Source: Azolla caroliniana (taxonomy: Eukaryota > Plantae > Polypodiophyta). Taken from it: DNA of 64,000 bases. The notes under the pieces were generated by a model. It did not search any database. It saw only the letters and a program-made list of their open reading frames with translations, and was not told where the DNA came from. Of this stretch, positions 1 through 8,853 are shown piece by piece (within the stretch, counting starts at the first letter, position 1; each line of letters starts with the position of its first letter). A program made the position numbers and the translations under genes. The stretch lies in contig JBHGNT010000012.1 of assembly GCA_043228905.1 (NCBI GenBank), forward strand, positions 11,780,001-11,844,000. Direction: 5' to 3'.

Positions 1-136
1 ATGTCACTATTGTGTGACAAGGGAAACACTAAGTTAAAGACTTATATTAATTAGGTAAGTTTTACAAAAATATGAGGTGTACTTGTATCCATACTAATAA
101 AATGAGTTATAATTTATACTTTGACCCATATGTGCA

Positions 137-416
137 TGTATATAACTGTGGACAATGTAGGATAGTGAACTTTAGGATAATGTGATTGGAATAACTAACT
201 TATTAAAGTATTCAATACTTGTATTTAAAGTTGATCTAATCTATTCCTCAGTTTGTTCGTATGGGATCAAACCATATGTATATAATTGTGGACAATGTAA
301 GGCAGTGAACTTTAGGATAATGTCGTGGAAATAACAAACCTATTAAGGCTTTTATACCTATATTTAAAATTGATCTACTCTATTTCTTAGGTGATTCACA
401 CAGGATCAAACTCCGA
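137..416. repeat. Diverged 140-bp tandem duplication (2 units)
   Basis: TGTGGACAATGTA..AGTGAACTTTAGGATAATGT..TTGATCTA..GGATCAAAC occurs twice, 140 bp apart (anchors at 147 and 287). Confidence 0.8.
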
Positions 417-841
417 ACGATAACGCAAGTGGAACTACAAGCGTATAAAAACATGCGGATAACGCTAGTGAAAATTATCAACACACTACACAATCTAAGC
501 AGCAATTGAATAGAAACATAATAGTTTTAACAATAGAAGACAAAGATTCATAATAACAACATGGACAGTCATGGCAACAATTGTAGGGCCATGTTATGTT
601 AAGGTTAGCTTGGACCAAAATCAGCCTCAATTTAAACTAATTCATGTTTCTCCATAAATTTGGTAGTCAGCTATGCACGCAGTGAAACCAATGTCATAAA
701 TCTACTAACCAAGTATATAAAAATAAAATTGAAACATATAGAAGATTATAAAGAATAGAATCCACTAGGTAAAACCCAAAATTTGTATTAATAATGTGAA
801 ATCCAAACAAATCGTCAGTGTCATTTTCTTCATAGAGTCTA

Positions 842-3800
842 TTACATAACAATCAATTTATCAACGCCATTTTCTTCATCATCTTGTGTAGAACTCTCTT
901 CGGCTATACGTGCATTGGCTTCCCCTATTAGCCGAGCCAACGAAATATCTTCTATAAGCTCATCATCAAGCTCTATTAGCTCCCCCGGTTCGCCGGCTAA
1001 CGGAGGAATAGGCTCTCGTGAAGCAGGTTGAAACCTTTATGTATTAGCGAGGTTCTTTGCACCGACCTCCTCATCCTGGTTTGGGCACTCCCACAAAGCC
1101 TTAATCCGCATATTAATAAATATAACCTGCTCCTCGTCCTTCTCTAATGCAATTGTATTTCTAAAGAGCTTCAATGCACATGCAAACGTCATTCCTGTGA
1201 AGTAAGTAACAAGAAGATTTAGTTGTCAAACAAAAAAGATTCGGTATTGGTTATCTCAAGATCGTTACCCTAGTTCGAGGAATACCTGTGCCAGAAAAGA
1301 GATCTAATATCCAGTCTCCTTCGATAGAAAACATCTCAGGAAACCGTTGAGGTTTTTGATATGGGTTGACAAGTCCCCGTTTTGTCGTGGTGACATGTCG
1401 CAATTTTCGTGTCACTGTTGGATATACCAACAGATTTGAACCTCCCACTTCATTAGAATGCTCCTTGATTCTCTATTTCTTAATTTCATCGAAGTAGCCA
1501 ATCGTGATATATTCAATGGCATTAACGAACCAAAAAGTTGGCCCTCTATTTACATTGGTTTTTATCCTATAAAAAATAATACATCGAGTTAAGAATAGAT
1601 TGAACAACCTTAAGAAATGCAATATAGTGAATGACACCTATAAATAATCCTTACCATGCAAGGTTCTCGATGCCATGGCAACGAGATCTCAAAGCTTGAG
1701 CTACCGAGTACCCTTGGTCCATACTATGAAAGACAACTATTTGCCACAAGGATGCAGTCGTTAGCTCAGCGAAATCCTTGACCATCTTCTCCAATTGTTT
1801 AAACCTAAACGGTTCATCATCGTATGATGACCCAACCATTCGAAATCCGTAAGGAATATCCGCAATCATTAGCGTATATTCCTTTTTTGGCACTTTTTGG
1901 ATCAAATCGACGACATCGCCGCAAACCACATTGTAGTAAAGATCTATTGTAATATCTTTTTTGTGGCTAAATATTTTAAAGGAGCCATCTTCCTCCATTT
2001 CGTATGCCTTGACTAAGCGATGATCCTTTTCTTTTCTGGCTCGCTCGAGATGTGCAAGGAAGGATGTAGGGAAATCGTGTATATCCTTAACTTCTCCTTG
2101 TTTCTTGCCACGACACGGTTTCTAATAGAAGCAATAGGACATAAGGTATTATTATACAAGCTCTACATATGATGAAAGTGTAATGAAAAACTGCCAATAC
2201 TAACCCAATCCTTGAATGCAATAAAATACTCTAATAACGCCTTATATGCTTCACGTTAGAGGATAATCCCCGGTCACTTGTTCCCAAGTTATACATCCAA
2301 GTTGTTTCATCATAACTTCTTGGATCTTCATGTACACCTTATGACTGTAAAATTAGAACTTTGAATTACACCATATAGACTACAATTTCAGTATTTGAAA
2401 GACTTACTTATTGAACTCAGTGACCAATTTTCTTCAAGGCTTAAATCTTTCGCCACAACCCTTGACAAAACAGACACAAGAAGCTGCTCGTCCTTAATAC
2501 CTTGTATTGCTCTCCACAGAGACAGCTTCATGTCGTCAGCCGCTTCTTCAATTTTCAAGTCAATTTTCTTGGCGGCTTGTGACTTTAACTCTAGTTGAGA
2601 GTCAACCTTACATTTCTTTTGTCGTTGACCCTTTACCTCCTTATTCTCCCACATTGAGAAGATTTGATCCTTTGATCCTGTAGGTCCCATACTTCTCCAT
2701 CTCTAAAGGCCAATTGAAACCAAGACTCATATTTTCGAAGAACATCGGACTTAACATTATCATCTACAACAATACCGACTTCATGCAGACATTGACATCG
2801 TAGACCTAGATGTAGCTTCACACCAAACTTTTGTTTCACGTCCAAATACTCGTGGTGGAAGAACCAAATACGCTCAATCGACGACATTTTCTACCTATAG
2901 TCATTATCATTATGGTCCCATGCCAACAACTTGGCCTCTTCAGTTGTGATCCCCACATAAATTTTGCACTCGGCATACTTGAAGAAGAAAGTCGTTGGAT
3001 GTTCTCTCACAAGTTGCCGACGTGCCTCCATTGAATGCGATCCACCAATGACAAAGTAATTATATTGATCATGCTTTCTAATATCAAAATCTTCAATGGT
3101 TTCACATTCTTCAGGATCTACCATAACAATAAAAGGCACCACAGTGGCATGAGGATTAATTTTCATTTTTTTCTTGAGATTTTGTACATGCATGCGGTGT
3201 GGCTCTCTAATCTCAAGTGGTCTTTGACCTGTTTTTTTATCAATAGGGGGGCGATGGATGTGTGTTATAGGCAAATTAAACACTTGCCCTTTCCTGACCA
3301 GTTTACGCTGCATTAACTCTCTCCTTATCTTATTCTGCTCGGATGACAACATACCCGATGCCAGCTTAGCTCCTGGCGTCCCCTTAGTGTCCTCCTCTTC
3401 GTTTTCACTTGTTGAATTGGACTCCGACATTTTGGCTGTCTTCTTCTTTGGTGGTCTTGATTGTACTTTAGATACCCTTTTTGTGGCCTTCACTAGGGAG
3501 GGCACTTCATCTCTTAGAGCTACATGGCCTTGTATGTAAGGCCTCAAGGTAACAATAAGGTTTTGTGAGCTTTCAAGATCTTTTTTGAACACTTCTAGCC
3601 CACAAGATTCCTTTACTAGAAGATCTTCTGAAAGGAACACTTTACGTACCCCCTTGAAGCACTCTATCGTTACCAGTATGTTGGCCGAATCTGCATCTTC
3701 GTAGTCAAATCGTAGAATATGGCCATACATAAATGGGGTTTCCTTTCCAAGTTGCCCCTCCCCCTTCTTCTTTGTTGTATACAATACGACTTTTTTCTTT

Positions 3801-4052
3801 GAGTCGACGTATTGTATACACCATTCCTTGTCCGTTAGATCATGGTCAGGAAGGTCTTCACCTCCAGTTGCTGCTACAAGTTTCTTTTGGCTAACGTTAA
3901 TGTGTGGTTGAGATTTTGACTCCTCGTTGAAGAGAAGCTTTTTTCCTCTCTTCATGGACTCAAGAGCTACTAGGGTCTGTGTTTCGATTGGAGAACCATG
4001 TATGCGAAGCTTTATTTTCTTCACAGGTCAGTCCGATAGGTTCTCAAACGAC
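842..4052 (-). pseudogene. Spliced gene for a ParB/Srx-like domain fused to a beta-class N6-adenine/N4-cytosine DNA methyltransferase (copy 1, disrupted)
   Basis: Exons reconstructed with GT-AG introns: 4052-2408, 2344-2205, 2121-1655, 1566-1286, 1194-842. ParB-like motifs PFIVMVD..YFVIGGSHSMEAR..AWDHN..MSSIER. MTase motifs in beta order: VCGDVVDLI..LMIADIPYG (1849-1860), WIKTN..IEYI, NPYQKP, GDWILDLFSGTG, TFACALKLFRNTIALEKD. Several premature stops and frameshifts. Confidence 0.85.
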
Positions 4053-4567
4053 CTATTTAAGAAAGTACATGCGAAAACATTAGTTAGGCAGTCACGTAGA
4101 TTAAGGTTGTATATTAAAATATAAATAAGTAGATGAAGAAATACACTAGCAAGCGATTAGTGGTGAACTATAAATATCAATCATGCATTTAGAGTACATG
4201 GTAGTCCTATATTCAAATATCGTAATGAGTATACAACTTAGAAAATATATATCGTAATGAGTATACAAGGTTATATATTGTCTTGAAGGGCAGGTATGAC
4301 TTATATTGATTCCATAACTACATTGTAGATAATTTGCATATGATAGACTTGATATTGGTATCGTAAAGGTAATTTGTGGGTTATTTTCTACTATTTTAGG
4401 CTATAGTAGGTCATAAAACACCTATAATTAAAGCCCGTTTTTTTTAAAAAGTAAGGGAAGTTGACATAAAAAAGACTGATTTTGACAGGCAGTTTGATAT
4501 CTTTTCCACACAATACTAAATTGTTGCCACAAAAACACAAGTTATCGAGTAAAATGCAAAAATAATC

Positions 4568-4891
4568 CAGGAACTCGACACACGTTATCGAGTTCCTGTT
4601 TTAAACACAAATATTCCACAGGAACTCGATACGCCGTATCGAGTTCCTGTTTAAAAAGCAAAGAAAACAAAGGAACTTGATACGGCGTATCAAGTTCCTG
4701 TTTAAAACCTTAACTTTAAACAGGAACTCGATACGCCGTATCAAGTTCTTATTTAAAACCTAGTCTTTAAACAGGAACTCGATACGGCGTATCAAGTTCC
4801 TGTTTAAAAAGCAAAGAAAAATTACCGTATCGAGTTCCTGTATAAAGTTTGTATTTTATACAAGAACTCGATATGTCATATCGAGTTCTTG
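4568..4891. repeat. Phased array of 31-bp palindromes CAGGAACTCGATACG-N-CGTATCGAGTTCCTG with 20-bp AT-rich spacers
   Basis: Units start at 4568, 4619, 4670, 4721 and 4772 (exact 51-bp period). A half-unit is at 4826-4840 and a last unit at 4861-4891. The array lies within the putative intron 4938-4053 of the ParB-MTase gene. Confidence 0.95.
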
Positions 4892-4938
4892 AGTGACAAA
4901 AAATATTTACAAAAATGTCCATAGTGTCAGAGGCCTAC

Positions 4939-5090
4939 CTGGAGTCCTGATGCTCGATTCTCTTTGAAGACGTGGTTGATCTTGTGGCAGTGGAGGCGGA
5001 GATCGCGCTTTTGTGCTTTGTGCTTTGTGTGCTCTTGTATGGTCTTGTGTACTCTTGTGAGTGAAATATGACGAGGTCTTCCTATTTATA
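4939..5090 (-). promoter_or_regulatory. TATA box and putative first exon of the ParB-MTase gene
   Basis: TATAAATA on the minus strand at 5090-5083, then a CA-rich leader and donor CAG|GTAGGC at 4939/4938. A matching acceptor with a CTAAC/CTAAT branch point and pyrimidine tract lies at 4053. Confidence 0.6.
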
Positions 5091-5272
5091 GGGATTGACC
5101 ATAGTGGTTAAAGTAACCATAGTCAACCTAACCACGGTTGGTAAGTTTGAGGTTAGTTAGTTGGTAACCACAATCACATTAACTAGAGTAACTTATGATT
5201 GCATTAATGATTACAAAGTCATAATAACTTACAATGACTTTAAAGGTCATGAAGGAGACAATGATAGAGGTT

Positions 5273-5460
5273 CATGAATGTACCAATGATTGATTACTAA
5301 AAGCAACATTTTTATGACTCTGAATTGCTGTGTATTAAAGATGTGGGCATGAATTAACCAATGATTGATAAGTCTAATATTTACAATGGTGAGCATTAAT
5401 GAACCAATGACTGAGAGGTTCTATATCAAATATGGGTGCCATTAATTAGCCAATGATTTT
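5273..5460 (+). promoter_or_regulatory. Four repeated CCAAT-box modules (CATKAATKWRCCAATGAYT) in the divergent promoter region
   Basis: Copies start at 5273, 5348, 5394 and 5440, between the head-to-head MTase and transposase genes. Confidence 0.6.
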
Positions 5461-5765
5461 AACTTTAATCCAACATATTTATGGGTTGGTAATGATTGGA
5501 TTTATATTATACTTGATTTAACTTCATATAGACCTAGTTTAAATAATTATTGATATTTTAAATACAATTACTATATTAAAAATAATATTTCTATGTATTG
5601 TATTAATATAATATTAAATAATATAGACATTCTATTGAGGGAGCTTTTGTTTAGAGAGAAGTTTATGTTTAGAGAGGAGTATATGTTTAGAGAGGAGCTT
5701 ATTAGTTTTTTGGCTTAGCCTAACCTAAGCACATAACTTACAGAGCCCTATCTAGACCTTAAACC

Positions 5766-8551
5766 ATGAGTGAAGATTCACTGTTCTCGATTAAAGAATA
5801 TAGTTTGTCATCAGACTCATCGTTTTCTACTGAAGAGTATTGTTTGTCGACAGACTCACCATATTCTATTGAATAATATTGTCTGTCAACAGACTCACCA
5901 TATTCTATCGAAGAATATTGTCTGAGCTCATCTTTACCTATAGGGAATGTAAATAATGACAGAAGTGAAGAGTTCTCTATTGAAGAATATGATATTAATA
6001 AAGATACGGAGAATGAAGGTAGTGCTAATGAAACATCAAATAACATTGGTGATGGTCACAACAAAGAATTAGATTGTAACAAGGTTACACCAACCTCTAT
6101 GCAGGAAGAGAAATCTAGAAGCCCTATGCATATTAGAAGAATCCCACGAAGAATTCGTCTAGCTAGATTTAGCTTGGTGACATCAGATAAACAGATTGGA
6201 TTTGATGTAAAAAAAATATGTTGTGCCCGTGGTTGTATGTCTATGATTGGAAAATCAAAGTTGCGAGAATTAAGGCGATACTATTTTTCGATGACTGGTG
6301 ATGAGCAAGACACTTACCTCGGGTCACATATGCAACTAGTATCTGACAAATGTACGGGGATCAAAGTATCATTCGAGTATTATATCTTCCATGCGCAACA
6401 GATATGTAGAGTTGCATTCAAAATTGCGTTATGTGTTAGTAACATGCGGCTACATAGAGTACAACAACGTCTACTTAGCGGGGATCAAATGCTCAATTGT
6501 AAAGAGGTTCCAAGTATGAAAGGTGCAATTGGAAGACATGCTATTGGTTGGATGAAAAGTTACTTTCAGTTAAATTGTGAAGTAATGCCCACTACAGGTA
6601 GAATGCACCTTTCTAATAATTATACACGTCGGGAAGTTTATGATGTCTATCGATCTGATATGGTGGGCTCACGTAATAAGTCTATCACCTATAGCCAATT
6701 CACAAGATTATGGAGAGCTCGGTTTTCAAATGTTATCATTCCACGTAAAGTAGGCATGGGGTATTGCTCCATTTGTGCAAATCTTAAAAGTTTGGCTAAA
6801 GGTGCAAAGACATCAATGGAAAAGGATATGAGGAAGAAGTTACTACAAGAGCATCGTGAGGCACAATCGTTAGAACGAAAGAAGGCGATGCATCATAGAG
6901 AGAAGTGTTTGAAGAGGGCCGAACAATACATGTGCTTAATGATAGATGGCATGGACCAGAAGAAGACGCGCTTACCGCATATGCGGAGGCTCCCCAAAGA
7001 TGTCAATGATGAGTGTCTTGTTCAAATGCACTTGGTGGGATGCTTGGCTTATAATAGGTCTGTTGGACCTCACGTCTTCATTACATACCCCAATGTTCAC
7101 AATGACCCTAACCTAACAGTTACAGTCATTCACCGAGTTTTGAGGTCTTGGGGCCAACCTTTCCCCCCTGTTCTATACATTCAATTGGACAATACTGCTA
7201 GAGAGAACAAAAATTTAACTGTGTTTGGCTATCTAAGCATGTTGGTCAACTAAGAATTGTTTAGGAAAGTGAAAGTCAATTTTCTTTTGGTTGGCCACAC
7301 ACATGACCATATAGATCAGATGTTTAGCACATTCTCCAGACAGTTGTCTTGGCATGATGCTTTCACTTTACCTAAACTATTTGATGTCATTTGTGATGCA
7401 TATAAACCACGCCCAAAAGTGTTACACTTGAAGGAGGTATATGACTTTAAGAGATATATATTAGATGGGGGTGGTGGGAATGTTAAAGTGCTTGCTCAGT
7501 TAAACAATATAAGTTTCAATCACATTTTTATGATAAAGAAAAATGGAATAAGTGGTTCTACACTTTTGTATGCTAAACAATATTCATCTTCTACAACATG
7601 GGAACCTGAGGTGGTTGCCAGTTATTACTTTGTATGCCGAGTTCAATTGTCCATGGAGCTAAGCAAATGCCAATTGAGAAGAAAGGACAGTTGCTGAGTG
7701 ACTTGGTATCGGAACAAAAACGGTCATGGCTCCAAGCCTTAGAAGAAAAAAGAAAGCATATTGAGGCCGCCAAGAAATATGTTGCACAACAAGACACCTC
7801 ATGGTAGGATGTATTTTATAGTGATTAGAAAGGAATTATAGACAATTGTGTATTTAGTGAAAATTGGAATTTGGAAACGCCATTCACATGGTCGCTGCAA
7901 CATGATCGTGTAAATAGAACTCCGGAGCAACCAGCAAATGCGATTAATGACAACTTGGTCCATCCACCACAAAGAGACATTTATGTGGGACCAAGGATGA
8001 CCAAAGCAGCCAAAGCTAGATGGCAAGGCAATATGCAAGAGCTCACCATGGGGATGTGGATTGCAACACCGGCTGATGAGAACTCACATGGCCACCAATT
8101 TTAGGTTGGTAAAATTCTAGAAGTGCTAATGCATGAAATAGAAAACACGATCAAGTCTATAAATGTTCATTGGTACAACACTAGAAGTGCAAATGCTTTT
8201 ACAGGTAAGTATAAATTGGAGATGATTGAATGCCCAACAACAAGGGGAGGTAGGAAGAGGAAGCAAAACATTCGTAACACCTCGACCCTTGATATCTCTG
8301 ATGTGGATATCATCGTGTACGACTTCACCCTTACAAAAGCCGGATGATTAAGGAAGTCAACAATAGATATAATAAAAGAAAAATTACCAGGTCTACAAGG
8401 TGGCTCGAGTCAAAGGCAAACGAGATCTGCTACATATAATCTAGAGTCAAACCATTTGCTTTATGACGAAGATAATGCACTGATTGGTACATCAGAGGAT
8501 GACGAGGAGGAATCGTCATTGTATATTAGTTATAGTAGTGATTCTCCGTAA
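5766..8551 (+). pseudogene. Sola-like (DUF7869-type) DDD transposase, disrupted
   Basis: ATG 5766 is in frame with ORF 6099. Motifs CCARGC, ICRVAF, CSIC, MIDGMDQKKTRLP, LYIQLDNTARENKN and FLLVGHTHDHIDQMFS (D-D-D triad). Reading continues through stops at about 5874, 7251, 7805, 8102 and 8345 and a frameshift near 7610 to TAA at 8551. Confidence 0.8.
5781..5930 (+). repeat. 39-bp coding tandem repeat (YCLSTDSPYSIEE-like, about 4 copies) at the transposase N-terminus
   Basis: TATTGT(T/C)TGTC(G/A)ACAGACTCACCATATTCTAT repeats with a 39-bp period. Confidence 0.8.
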
Positions 8552-8853
8552 AGGAGTGATCATAAATGTATATTTGGCTATTAAGTGTAACTACATTCCG
8601 CTTGTAACAAATCGAGTAATATAAAAGCATGTGTTTTGAATTCTTATGATTTCTAAAAAATCGTTTCTTATAAAATAACATTGGTACTAAAGTTTGTGAT
8701 ATAAATTGAGAATGTAACTTTTTGAAATTCGTCTATTTTTAGTTACTTCTAAATCATGAAAATAGTGGATTTTTAACCTTTTTCATAGTATGTTTGAACA
8801 TGTATAATAATGGTATCAATGTGTTTTGTAAAATCATTGAAAAAGCCCTAAAA

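Noticed and set aside
4568-4891. CRISPR array
   Set aside because: The context is eukaryotic with no cas genes. Spacers are only 20 bp, AT-rich and related to each other, and the repeats alternate orientation.
8552-8853. Terminal inverted repeat of the Sola-like element
   Set aside because: No convincing inverted match to 1-840 was found. The weak resemblance to 46200-46300 is explainable by AT richness. The right end appears cut by a gypsy remnant.
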